This document shows positions 17,671 through 26,767 of a DNA stretch of 64,000 nucleotides, piece by piece. The stretch comes from a virus: the IMG/VR virus record IMGVR_UViG_3300043811_000032, positions 1-64,000 of that record. The stretch is one strand, 5' to 3'. Position numbers and translations under genes: made by a program. Numbering within the stretch: the stretch's first letter is position 1; every line of letters starts with the position of its first letter. The notes under the pieces are model-generated. The model was not told the origin of the DNA, searched no databases, and saw only the letters and a program-made list of their open reading frames with translations.

Positions 17671-18404
17671 TTCGTACCCCTCCTCAACTCATCCCAGATC
17701 ACCTTACGCTGAGCCGCCGGCACCTTCTTCGTCACGTCCGTGCCCGAGCCTGGCGGCATTGGCGTCACACAGCCGGGACACTTGGCGTCGCCCTCGACCG
17801 CCTGCAGCACGTCGAGCATCGTGAGCCGACCCTTCTTGCTGACCAACTGCACCTGTCCCTGATCGTTGAGCAACGTCACCCCGCCCGAACCGTTCGCCCC
17901 CTGGTGGCACTTGGCACAGTTCTGCTTGAGCACCTGGACCAGTTGCCCGCTGCCACCACCGACTGACGTGCCCCTAAAGCTCGTGTCGGCAGTCTCGGCT
18001 GATGCCACTGGCAACCCGTCGCCGATCTGCTGCGGCTGACCGGGCGTCACGGTAGTCACCCCGCCCACACCGATCTGTGCTCCCGCGTTGCCGTTGATCG
18101 TCTGCGTCTGCACTGTGCCGTTGCTCACTGCGCTGGTCGTGGTGGTAGTCACCGTCGAGCTGGTGATCTGCGGCACGCCGTAGACCTGGAGCAGTGCCTG
18201 TGGGGGCACATACTGGAACGAGAATGGCTGATAGAGCTGGACCGAGTTCACGTACGTCAGCTCGACCTGCGGCGGATAGTAATACTGCTGCGGAGCGTAG
18301 TAGGTCGGTGTATAGTAGCAGCTCCCGCAACTGCCGTAGTAGTGGGCGGCACCGGCGAAGGTCGGCATCAGCAGGAGCAGTGCAACCAGCAACGTCTTCA
18401 TCAT
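17667..18404 (-). CDS. secreted planctomycete-type c-type cytochrome domain protein
   Basis: Signal peptide; VLKQNCAKCHQG (CxxCH); distal MPP. Confidence 0.75.
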   Translation of the reverse strand: MMKTLLVALLLLMPTFAGAAHYYGSCGSCYYTPTYYAPQQYYYPPQVELTYVNSVQLYQPFSFQYVPPQALLQVYGVPQITSSTVTTTTTSAVSNGTVQTQTINGNAGAQIGVGGVTTVTPGQPQQIGDGLPVASAETADTSFRGTSVGGGSGQLVQVLKQNCAKCHQGANGSGGVTLLNDQGQVQLVSKKGRLTMLDVLQAVEGDAKCPGCVTPMPPGSGTDVTKKVPAAQRKVIWDELRRGTK

Positions 18405-18775
18405 GGCGCCTCCACGCAGTCCATCAGACCGTCTTCAATGTACTCGTATCCAGTCCCCTTGACAGCTTCTATAATCGCTTCAGCTTCCAGACGACCTATC
18501 CTTACCTGCCGCTTCTCGTGCGGGCTCGGCTCATTGCCCCTGATCGCGACTACACCGGCAGCCATTGGATACTCGTGATCGCCGTTAGCGACATACTCTC
18601 GTATATGGTTGGCCCAGGCACTACCCTGCTCTTCGAGCCAATCTGCAAACGCAAGATAGAGCATCACATCACCCGGTGGAGACAGATGCGACCACGACCC
18701 ATCCTTTTTCCACTTGGCCCAACGCTTGTCTCTGTCAACTCGCAGCGCCCGTATCCAGTCAGCAGGTCCAATCAC
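18401..18775 (-). CDS. TIGR02996-like motif protein
   Basis: LYLAFADWLEEQG..WANHIR. Confidence 0.6.
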   Translation of the reverse strand: MIGPADWIRALRVDRDKRWAKWKKDGSWSHLSPPGDVMLYLAFADWLEEQGSAWANHIREYVANGDHEYPMAAGVVAIRGNEPSPHEKRQVRIGRLEAEAIIEAVKGTGYEYIEDGLMDCVEAP

Positions 18776-20406
18776 CGTTGCCTCCCTCCGTCGCGTGCCT
18801 TTATTTTATCCTCACGAGCCCTCATCAGCTCCTCCCACGTGCGGCCTTTCTTTTGCTCTTGGTCGAGGAGTTGGCACAATTGCAGCGCGTGGTGATGGGC
18901 AGTTGCCTCGTAGTTATCCCTTCGGATGCCGCGACCCGAACCAATAGCGTTGCTGAGGCGAGGATCGATTCCAACTCCGAGAGCAAGAGCCTTCCGCGTG
19001 TGCTCTGGGCTGTAGCAACAGTTGATCGCGATCTCGTTGATCGTGAGCTGGTCTTGATGGTAGCCATAGACGATCCTCGCGATGTTGGCCGCGTTGTCCT
19101 GCGGGCTCATGCCGTTGCAGGAGAACAGTGCCTTGGCGTAGAGTGCTTGGTCGTCCTTGAGTGCTGCGTCAAAGTCCTGCTGGAAGAGCTGCTGCACCAG
19201 GTAGGAGTCGTCCTCATCCAGCACCAGTAGCCGCACGTTCTTCCGTATGTCCGTGACTAACCGCACCTCGTCGGCCACCTCCTTGAGTCCCTTGTCGTGG
19301 CAGATGATGCAACTCGCCCCCGGATAGATGCCCTTGTACTTGAAGTGCGTCTTCCGGTCCACGACGATGTTGGTGTCGCCAACATTGACCAGCTTGTCGT
19401 TCGCATCCGTGATCGCGTAGTACTGGAGCCGGTTGGGCAGACTCGCTATGAACTCCCCGGCGTCCCGCACCTTTTTCTTGCCATCGACCTTCTTTCCCTT
19501 GATGAACAGCAGCACGTTCAGCAGCAAGTCGTTCTCGTCCACTGAGGTCAGGTAATCGAAGCTGCTGTGCCGGTAGCCGAGGTTGGTGGTCTCTCGCACC
19601 AGTGCCCGGTTGTTGAGGCTCACCTCCGTGCTGTCGATCACCGTGCCGGCTGCCTTGATGTCCTCGTTGTCCTCGGGATGGTAGCGACCTATCTTGTCCC
19701 AGCTCTTCAGGTCCTTGCCGGCGCCGAGCAGCTCGTAGTAGATCGGCGCGAACAGGGCGTTGGCCACGAACCAGTCGGCCCGCACTATCGGGAAGTCGGT
19801 GCCCGTCAGCTTCGCCAGCTTGGCCACGCTCTGCTGGTTTAGTTCCGGTGCATGCTTCGTGACGAGAGTAAGCTTCTTCTCCCAGCACCAGTTGTACGTG
19901 TAGCCGTTGTGGACGTATGGCTCGCACTTCGTCTTGCACCATCCAAGGGCTTGTTCTTGCTGATGAAAGTACGGTTCGGGGAAGTCTTTGTCCGGCCTCG
20001 CCACCCGCAGCGGTCCGCCGCCATGCAGCCCCAGATTCTCCCACGCCTCGGGACTGATGCAGGCGTCCTTGAGGTTGAACCGCATCAGCCGGCCCTTGTC
20101 GACCGGCACAAACCCAAGCATCAGGACGTTGCGGCTCAGCGAGTTCCACGTGAACAGCACCGCCTGCACGAGTGCGAAGTACTCGTCGGGATGGATACCA
20201 GAGAGCGCAACGTACCGAGAGCAGTAGGCTTCGTTGGAATCAAGCGTGCCAGCGTCTGCGAGTGCCGATTCCACCGCCGCATCGTACCTGTAGACCTCCT
20301 TGTACGGGTCGAGCGGTTGGGCCGTGGGCGGCTCGCTCCGCAGCGGCGTCGAGAGCAGCGACCCGATCCCAGCTGCCAGCGTCTTGAGTGCTTCTCGGCG
20401 GTTCAT
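18772..20406 (-). CDS. twin-arginine-leader protein with single CxxCH motif
   Basis: MNRREALKTLAAG leader; RADWF, LPNRLQYY, GASCIICH. Confidence 0.75.
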   Translation of the reverse strand: MNRREALKTLAAGIGSLLSTPLRSEPPTAQPLDPYKEVYRYDAAVESALADAGTLDSNEAYCSRYVALSGIHPDEYFALVQAVLFTWNSLSRNVLMLGFVPVDKGRLMRFNLKDACISPEAWENLGLHGGGPLRVARPDKDFPEPYFHQQEQALGWCKTKCEPYVHNGYTYNWCWEKKLTLVTKHAPELNQQSVAKLAKLTGTDFPIVRADWFVANALFAPIYYELLGAGKDLKSWDKIGRYHPEDNEDIKAAGTVIDSTEVSLNNRALVRETTNLGYRHSSFDYLTSVDENDLLLNVLLFIKGKKVDGKKKVRDAGEFIASLPNRLQYYAITDANDKLVNVGDTNIVVDRKTHFKYKGIYPGASCIICHDKGLKEVADEVRLVTDIRKNVRLLVLDEDDSYLVQQLFQQDFDAALKDDQALYAKALFSCNGMSPQDNAANIARIVYGYHQDQLTINEIAINCCYSPEHTRKALALGVGIDPRLSNAIGSGRGIRRDNYEATAHHHALQLCQLLDQEQKKGRTWEELMRAREDKIKARDGGRQR

Positions 20407-20430
20407 CGTTGCTCGTCTACGGTTGCTTAA

Positions 20431-20609
20431 AGGCTGAGGATGGAATCGAACCACCGCCCTCCGGTTTATCAGACCGGTGCTCTTGCGACGGGGCCTACGG
20501 GGTAGCAGACGACCCGGTACCAGGCCCGCCCTTTCAACTTCCGCCGCCCCAAGACCCTACCGAAGCGTCCTCCGGTAAACGGCTCCTTGGCCTGCTGAGC
20601 TACTCAGCC
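20431..20609 (-). tRNA. tRNA-Ile(GAU) interrupted by 103-nt insertion
   Basis: GGCTGAG/CTCAGCC acceptor, TA-GCTC..GAGC D arm, CCGGT-CTGATAA-ACCGG anticodon arm, GGTGG-TTCGATT-CCATC T arm; 103 extra nt between two GAGC copies. Confidence 0.8.
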
Positions 20610-21373
20610 ACCTTCCTCACCAGCGCCGCCAGCCCGTCGGCCGTGGTCGGCACCTTCAGGGCACGACCCTCCGGCAGCACATGGCCGGCGGAGTCGAGGA
20701 TGATCAGGGCCGGCACGCCGCCACCGCCCGGCTTGGTAGCTATCTCGGTCAGCTTCCGTCGCACCGCCGCCTCGCTGCGGAAGTCGTAGGCGTGGAAGGC
20801 ATGACCCTCGGACTGAAGCCGCTTGGCCACGTCGCTGTTCAGGATCGCGTCCAGCTCGGGCGTCTTCTTGTCGACGTCGTAGACCAGGTTCACGTCCACC
20901 CGCTGGCTCGGTGCCTTGGTCGTCGGCTCCTTGGCCGTAGATGCCTCGCCGCCCTTGGCCCGCACCCGCACTTGAGCGCTGAACGGCTCGTCCTTCACCG
21001 CGCTGATCGCCGTCACCAGCACGAACCCTTGCCGCGGCACCGCCACGATGAGGATCGGTGCACCTGGGTATGCGAAGGTCTTGATCGGCTTGTCGTAGCC
21101 GTCGACGTGCACCAGCCACTTGACCTTACCCTGCGTCTTGGCCGGGATCACCACGAACGGGTCCGTGTCTGGATCCACCTCGATGTCGCCGAGTGGCTTG
21201 CCACTCGGGTCCACCAGTTGGATCGGTGGCTCGCTCGTCGGCGCCGGTGCGTCTGCCACCTTGGCGTCGGGCTCCTTCTGGCTGCGAGCGGCGAGCAGGC
21301 CACCGAGCATCAGGAGCAGGATGGCGACCGACACTACCGACAGCCGAAAGCCTCTAACCACGTTGATTGCCAT
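20600..21373 (-). CDS. secreted/membrane-anchored protein, possible thioredoxin-like C-terminal domain
   Basis: Hydrophobic leader; GVPALIILDSAG.VL..VP; no CxxC. Confidence 0.6.
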   Translation of the reverse strand: MAINVVRGFRLSVVSVAILLLMLGGLLAARSQKEPDAKVADAPAPTSEPPIQLVDPSGKPLGDIEVDPDTDPFVVIPAKTQGKVKWLVHVDGYDKPIKTFAYPGAPILIVAVPRQGFVLVTAISAVKDEPFSAQVRVRAKGGEASTAKEPTTKAPSQRVDVNLVYDVDKKTPELDAILNSDVAKRLQSEGHAFHAYDFRSEAAVRRKLTEIATKPGGGGVPALIILDSAGHVLPEGRALKVPTTADGLAALVRKVAE

Positions 21374-21457
21374 TGTTGCCTCTCTGCCAGGAGCAGATTT
21401 CCACCAGTAGCACGTAAGCGATAACGAACAGCACGCCAACCGTGAACAGTTGCAGGG

Positions 21458-21724
21458 TTACCCAGGTCGATGGACGTCCGGGTCGAGCTTCACTTGGGCC
21501 ATGAAGTGGACAGCTAGCCCAATGACACCGAACTGAATGATCGTCAGCAGCACCCACGCCAGCCACGGATTCGCTCGGCAGTAGTCGGTGATCGTGCCCT
21601 CGTTCCCGTACTCGCGGTACAAGTACAGATCGAAGGCAAGCACCAGCAGGATGCCAACCGCCGTGGTCACGAAACTGGTCAGGCCGAGTACTTGCCACGT
21701 CAGGTTATTCCACCATTGAATCAT
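21458..21724 (-). CDS. two-TM membrane protein
   Basis: Two hydrophobic segments. Confidence 0.6.
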   Translation of the reverse strand: MIQWWNNLTWQVLGLTSFVTTAVGILLVLAFDLYLYREYGNEGTITDYCRANPWLAWVLLTIIQFGVIGLAVHFMAQVKLDPDVHRPG

Positions 21725-21915
21725 TCCTTGACCTCACGCACCCTGCCACGAACCATACGGTACTTCTTCTGCGGCTTCTCCGTCCTGACGACGTTCAACC
21801 CGGCTAGCGTCTTTGGATCGTAATCAGTAACGAACTTGCGGAACCCTTCCTCTGTACCAGTCCACCACCACTCGCCAAAACCCTTTGGGTCGCCCATGTC
21901 GCTTATCTGGATCAT
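21721..21915 (-). CDS. hypothetical protein
   Basis: Coupled ORF. Confidence 0.5.
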   Translation of the reverse strand: MIQISDMGDPKGFGEWWWTGTEEGFRKFVTDYDPKTLAGLNVVRTEKPQKKYRMVRGRVREVKE

Positions 21916-22132
21916 TCGTCCCTCGCCTTCAGCCCGAACTTCTCTTCATTTACCACGCTCCGGTGCCCCTTGTATGCGTATGGGTCCGTGACGCCGACGT
22001 GGTCCAGCCGCTTCTGCCGGTCACAGCGCTTGTGCCCGGCGTCGATGCACTTGGTGCAAAGGTGACCCTTGTTGGCCGTCTCCTTGGTGCACATGCAGGT
22101 CACGCACTGACAGGACGGATGGCGTTCGTGGC

Positions 22133-22564
22133 TCACTTCTTGCTTGCCTCCACCTCGGCTCGGTATCGCAGCGCATCTTTGCGCACGTTCGGGTTGATTC
22201 GCTTGTAGTCGCCGAGGTGCCCGAACAATAGATGACAGTTGTGACTGTCCGGTGCCGGTCCGCAGAGGGTTATAAGATTGTTCGGGTCTAGCTCCAGCTC
22301 GGGGTGCTCGTGGAAGTCCTCCACATGGTGCACCTGCAGGTTGTGCGTATGGCCGCAGAACGCACAGGCGGGCTCCTTCTCCAAGTGAGCCTTCTGCACC
22401 GCCGGCCACTTGCCGCTGCGTGCCTCCTCATGTCCAACCAGCATCGGCACGGCAGGCGGCTCAGCCTTCTCCAACCAAGCCGTCAACGCCACGCTACCGA
22501 TGGCGGCGAGCACCACGCACACGATGCCGATTGCCGCGAGGGCGTCGAGGGTTCGTTGCTTCAC
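22133..22564 (-). CDS. HNH endonuclease with N-terminal hydrophobic segment
   Basis: CAFCG..LQVHHV..PNNLITLC..CHLLFGH. Confidence 0.8.
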   Translation of the reverse strand: MKQRTLDALAAIGIVCVVLAAIGSVALTAWLEKAEPPAVPMLVGHEEARSGKWPAVQKAHLEKEPACAFCGHTHNLQVHHVEDFHEHPELELDPNNLITLCGPAPDSHNCHLLFGHLGDYKRINPNVRKDALRYRAEVEASKK

Positions 22565-22800
22565 TTCTCGATCCTCTGTTGCGCCAATCGGCTTTTGGCT
22601 GCTGCTAACCGGATCTCCGCCACCCGTACCGCGCTCTTGGCCTGCTGAACGGACAGCAGCACCTTGCTGATCTCTTCGGGAGACTCGGGCACGCTGCGGA
22701 CCCGGTCCAGCTCGTCCCGCCAGTACGCCATCGTGGTCTGGGCCAGCTGTAACTCGACCTCCTTGACGGCGACGTCCTCTTCCTGCTCGGTCACGTTCAT
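22561..22800 (-). CDS. coiled-coil hypothetical protein
   Basis: Coupled ORF. Confidence 0.5.
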   Translation of the reverse strand: MNVTEQEEDVAVKEVELQLAQTTMAYWRDELDRVRSVPESPEEISKVLLSVQQAKSAVRVAEIRLAAAKSRLAQQRIEK

Positions 22801-22990
22801 TCCTCGTCGAACTCGCGGCACCCGCAGAGACTGCAAGGAGCCGTGGTACCGCAATGATGCAGCCGTTCATGCCCGCAGGAGCAGATGGCTCGATTCAACA
22901 ACCGCCATCTCTCGATGCCTCCATCCGCCTTAATCTGATCTTCGGTGGGCTTAACAGCAGCCAGAATATCTGCTTTAGTAATGATAACGG

Positions 22991-23350
22991 TCATCGTACC
23001 GTCGCTCCTCTAGCTATCGCATCGATCCGTTGCAGCAGGGCGTCGGGGTCCACCGGCTTGTGCATAACGTAGGCGGCGTCGCTGACCCTCGCACCCTCGG
23101 GGTAGTAGGCACTGATCACCATGAGCGGGCAGTTGAGCAACTTGGCATCCTTGGCCTTGGCGATGAACGCGATACCGTCCATGTGTGGCATCAACAGATC
23201 GGTAATCAGCAGGTCCGGCTTGAACTCGGCCAGCATCTTCAGTGCTATATCGCCGTCCGCCGCGTCACTCACCAGGTGCCCGTGCCTGGCGAACAGCTTG
23301 ATCAACGATTCGCGCGATCCCTTGTCGTCATCCACTAGCAGTATGTGCAT
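22991..23350 (-). CDS. single-domain CheY-like response regulator
   Basis: ILLVDDD, PDLLITDLLMPHMDG, VISA, KP. Confidence 0.9.
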   Translation of the reverse strand: MHILLVDDDKGSRESLIKLFARHGHLVSDAADGDIALKMLAEFKPDLLITDLLMPHMDGIAFIAKAKDAKLLNCPLMVISAYYPEGARVSDAAYVMHKPVDPDALLQRIDAIARGATVR

Positions 23351-23888
23351 CGTCGACCCTCCCGTTCTTGGCCACCGCCAACGCGATGAGCAGGCACTCA
23401 CCGTGGGTCATGTTGTACGGCTCGCACAGGTGCTCCACGAGGTAGTCGTCGAAGTTGCGGACGATGGCCAGCGTCATTACTCGGTCTCGTTCCGGCTGTG
23501 CTATGCCGGAGATGCTGGCGTAGAGGTCCGCTAGCTGGTTGCGTATCGGCGCCAGCGCGTCCCTCGCCTCGACCAGCACATCAGCGATGGCGGTGCCGTT
23601 CTGTTCCAGCCGCTTGTACTCTGTCTTGGCTCGGTTCATCTGGAATTTCCACATAGCCGCTTTGTCCTGACGCTCCCGCTCCAGTTCCCCGCGGATGCCG
23701 CTGAGCAACAATCCGTACTCGCGCATGACCTGGTCACGGTCGGAGAGTTTGGCATCGGCGTCCGCTTTGGCTATCGTCACCTTGGCCTCCGTCTTGCCGC
23801 GGATGATGCGGACATAGGCGATGGAGAGTGCCGCGGTCAGGATGGCCGCTCCCGACAAGGCGGTGTTGATCCAGGAATGCAGGTCCAC
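23328..23888 (-). CDS. membrane-anchored coiled-coil protein
   Basis: N-terminal TM; coupled to response regulator. Confidence 0.6.
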   Translation of the reverse strand: MDLHSWINTALSGAAILTAALSIAYVRIIRGKTEAKVTIAKADADAKLSDRDQVMREYGLLLSGIRGELERERQDKAAMWKFQMNRAKTEYKRLEQNGTAIADVLVEARDALAPIRNQLADLYASISGIAQPERDRVMTLAIVRNFDDYLVEHLCEPYNMTHGECLLIALAVAKNGRVDDAHTASG

Positions 23889-24110
23889 TCATTTGGTCTC
23901 CGGCTTTTCCTTTTCCTTGCTGACTGCTAAGGCATCACGCAGACCGTCGATCTTGGCTTCCATAGCCGTGCGTTGGCTGTTGACGATCTCATGGGTGAGT
24001 TCAGTGGTCTTGCCAATGCTGCGGAGCTTTAGCGTCATCCACACCTGCATGCCGCCAAGGATGATGGACACCACTCCACCGACGATGGCGGTGATTACCG
24101 AGTCGCTCAT
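23889..24110 (-). CDS. small one-TM protein (holin-like candidate)
   Basis: MSDSVITAIVGGVVSIILGG then charged tail. Confidence 0.55.
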   Translation of the reverse strand: MSDSVITAIVGGVVSIILGGMQVWMTLKLRSIGKTTELTHEIVNSQRTAMEAKIDGLRDALAVSKEKEKPETK

Positions 24111-24361
24111 CAACGGAACTCGATGAGCGGGTGCCCGATGAGAGACATCAGGATCGCTATGCACAGAAGCACGATGAGCACGACGAAAATAACGCGGATG
24201 ACCTTGAACGCTTGCGGCGGTCCCCAGCCCTGGGCCTCGACGTAACCGATCAGCCACCAAAGCAGGCCAAGCACCACCACCGCAATGAGCAGGTAGACGA
24301 TAAAAGTCACGATGCCTTCGAGCGACACCACCAGTCCGAGAGTAGCGAGCGCGGGTAACAT
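24110..24361 (-). CDS. two-TM membrane protein
   Basis: Highly hydrophobic; GGAGG RBS. Confidence 0.7.
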   Translation of the reverse strand: MLPALATLGLVVSLEGIVTFIVYLLIAVVVLGLLWWLIGYVEAQGWGPPQAFKVIRVIFVVLIVLLCIAILMSLIGHPLIEFR

Positions 24362-24461
24362 GACAAGCCTCCTCTCTGTTCCAACCCCGAGTAACCGGAA
24401 GTGCGGCCGTGCTGTCTACGCCGTTGTCCGGCAGGGCAGCCGCAGCGACCGGCAAGAAACA

Positions 24462-24899
24462 CTACTTCTTCGTCTCTGGAGGCGTATCAACGATACACCG
24501 CGCGACCATCCCGGTCCGGCCGTCCACAAACAACTCGACCTCGTCGTCGGTCTTCAGGGCGGTCAGGTCCGAGGAGACCCCACCCTTCTCAACGTAGCAA
24601 CCACCGATGCCCGTGGTGAGCGTACCCGAGTCCAGCGGCATTGACCACGTACCGTCGGCGTTCTTGCCCGGTGCCGCGAGCATCTTGCCGGACACCGCGT
24701 AAAAGCCCTTGTGCAGCTCTTCCTTCGCCGCGTTGGCGTTCGCCGCCATCGTCGATCCTTCGAGGATCTTGTCGTCGTGATCCTTCATCTGCTTGTCGTA
24801 GTCTTCCTTCGTGACCACCTTGTGCCCGTCTACGATGCGGTCCTTGGGTTTCTCGGGCGTCTTGTGCATTGGCTGCGGATGAGCGTGTGAGTGCGACAT
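24462..24899 (-). CDS. hypothetical protein
   Basis: AAGGAG RBS. Confidence 0.6.
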   Translation of the reverse strand: MSHSHAHPQPMHKTPEKPKDRIVDGHKVVTKEDYDKQMKDHDDKILEGSTMAANANAAKEELHKGFYAVSGKMLAAPGKNADGTWSMPLDSGTLTTGIGGCYVEKGGVSSDLTALKTDDEVELFVDGRTGMVARCIVDTPPETKK

Positions 24900-24985
24900 A
24901 GGTCAACTCCTTCACAGGGCGATTCTAGACCTACCGCTCAACCATCGCTCGGGCAACACTGGCCGCTTCGAGGGTCGCTCAGTAA

Positions 24986-25693
24986 CTAACGACGCTTCTT
25001 GCCCGTGTAGGGCTGTTTCGGTTGTTCGACCGGCTTGTTTACTAGTCTCTCGCCGTCTGCGTCTTCCACGACATACTTGCCGGGCGGCTCACCGTCACTC
25101 TTCTCCAGCGGACCGATCAGCCCCGGCGGCAGTGACCGCTCCGCCTCAGCAGCCATCTCGAACGTCGGTCCCCACTTCTCGACAAACTCCTGAATGACCT
25201 GAGGGGTCGTGTTGCACATCGTTCGGCCGTGAGCCTCGCTGTGCGGGCGCGTGGCATTAAGGCAGTAAGCGAACAGCTTGGGCTCCATCGTCGGGTCCTT
25301 GAACAGCTCCGGTGTGCCGTCACGTCCTTGCAGGATCAGACCAAAGATGTCCTCAGGCAGTGGGTTCGGCGTGGGCAACGTCTCCTCGGCCTTGACGTCC
25401 ACGCGGGGATCGCCCCACATCGCCACGAAGTCACCGATGATGTCGGGCAGGCTGCGGTAGAAGCTCCACGGGTCGATGAAGATGTGCGGGTTGGTAGTGC
25501 CGAACACGTGCCCCCAGAGCCTCGCCTCCATGCCCAACTGCTTGAGAGTCTGCGGGTGATCGCGGACGGCCGCAGTCACCATCTCGCATATCTCGGTCAT
25601 GTGATTGTCGCTGCTCACTGTTCGCTCCTTGCTTCTCGGTGCGGATTGGTCAGCCCACGCTTCCATCAGGCGACCGGCTAGTAACTCGTTCAT
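24986..25693 (-). CDS. hypothetical protein
   Basis: Coupled ORF. Confidence 0.6.
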   Translation of the reverse strand: MNELLAGRLMEAWADQSAPRSKERTVSSDNHMTEICEMVTAAVRDHPQTLKQLGMEARLWGHVFGTTNPHIFIDPWSFYRSLPDIIGDFVAMWGDPRVDVKAEETLPTPNPLPEDIFGLILQGRDGTPELFKDPTMEPKLFAYCLNATRPHSEAHGRTMCNTTPQVIQEFVEKWGPTFEMAAEAERSLPPGLIGPLEKSDGEPPGKYVVEDADGERLVNKPVEQPKQPYTGKKRR

Positions 25694-26466
25694 CGTTGGT
25701 GGCTAGCGGGGAAGCCCCACTGCTCCGGCCGCAGGGCGTTGGTGTAGAGCAGGCAAGAGAAGCATGGTGTCATCCCGTGCTTGCGGCACAGTCGCTCGAC
25801 CATGAATCCATCGGCGCACCACAGTGGTCCGAATCGCTCCTCGCGCAGCAGGTCTGCCCGCACGGTCAACACCTCGAACTTGGTCACGAACGTCCGGCAC
25901 GAGTTGAACTTCCAGTCGTCCCACCCCTCCACCTTCTTGTACGTCGGCGGGCACATGTTGCTGCCGGCGATGTAGCCGTTGATGATGACCTTGGGCGACT
26001 CGCCCTTTAGCTGCGGTGCCTGCTGCCAACCGTGCTCCTGCGGTGCGATCGCCTCGAACGTCTTGCGGATCTCCAGCAGCCCCTGATCGTTCCAGAGGCA
26101 GTCATCGGTGGCGAAGGTGACGTAATGCTTCGGCGAGAAGAATCCCGGATCGACGCTGGCCATCTTTCGGTCTTCAACAAGCATCGCGTCGAGGAACCGG
26201 TCGCACACCCAATGACCGACGTTGTACTCCGCCTTGCTCTCACAGCGCCACGGCTTGATCCACTCGGCGTCCTTCAGATCACTAGAGAAGTCGGCCTGCT
26301 CAAATCGGCATCCGGCTCGTTTCTCCGTGCCTTTGTCATCCTCCACTCGCAGTATGTTATCGTCACAGAGCGGTCGCCACTCGACCTTCTGCCCGCGCAT
26401 GTGTTCACGGAGTATACCGGCGAACCGCAGACGGGCGAAGGGCATAAGGACAGTATGACGTATCAT
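25690..26466 (-). CDS. putative divergent GT-A glycosyltransferase
   Basis: TVLMPF.R, YVTFATDD, ADG; cluster context. Confidence 0.5.
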   Translation of the reverse strand: MIRHTVLMPFARLRFAGILREHMRGQKVEWRPLCDDNILRVEDDKGTEKRAGCRFEQADFSSDLKDAEWIKPWRCESKAEYNVGHWVCDRFLDAMLVEDRKMASVDPGFFSPKHYVTFATDDCLWNDQGLLEIRKTFEAIAPQEHGWQQAPQLKGESPKVIINGYIAGSNMCPPTYKKVEGWDDWKFNSCRTFVTKFEVLTVRADLLREERFGPLWCADGFMVERLCRKHGMTPCFSCLLYTNALRPEQWGFPASHQR

Positions 26467-26471
26467 AGATG

Positions 26472-26762
26472 CTACTCCTTCTGTTGCGTTGCCACTTCGG
26501 TCAACCTCTCGAACGCCTCAGTCATCCGCTCTTGGGTACTCGGTTTATCCTCCGGGATGTACATGCCTATGATGTACCGATTCAGCACGGCGTAGTCTAA
26601 ACCAGCCAACAACTGAATGTTCCCATCGACGTCCTCGCCACGCTCTAGCCGTTCCTTGTGCCCCTGCACCCAGGCATTGACGAAGTCACGTGCCATCTGA
26701 TGCTTGGCGAAGTAAGCCGTGGCAAAGTTGCCGCCATGAGTCAGGATTATCACGCGGGTCAC
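26472..26762 (-). CDS. hypothetical protein
   Basis: ORF on coding strand. Confidence 0.5.
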   Translation of the reverse strand: MTRVIILTHGGNFATAYFAKHQMARDFVNAWVQGHKERLERGEDVDGNIQLLAGLDYAVLNRYIIGMYIPEDKPSTQERMTEAFERLTEVATQQKE

Positions 26763-26767
26763 CGGAG

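Noticed and set aside
20431-20609. tmRNA or group I intron interpretation of the long tRNA
   Set aside because: It has a complete GAU anticodon arm and no G3:U70 pair; 103 nt is too short for a group I intron and is not in the anticodon loop
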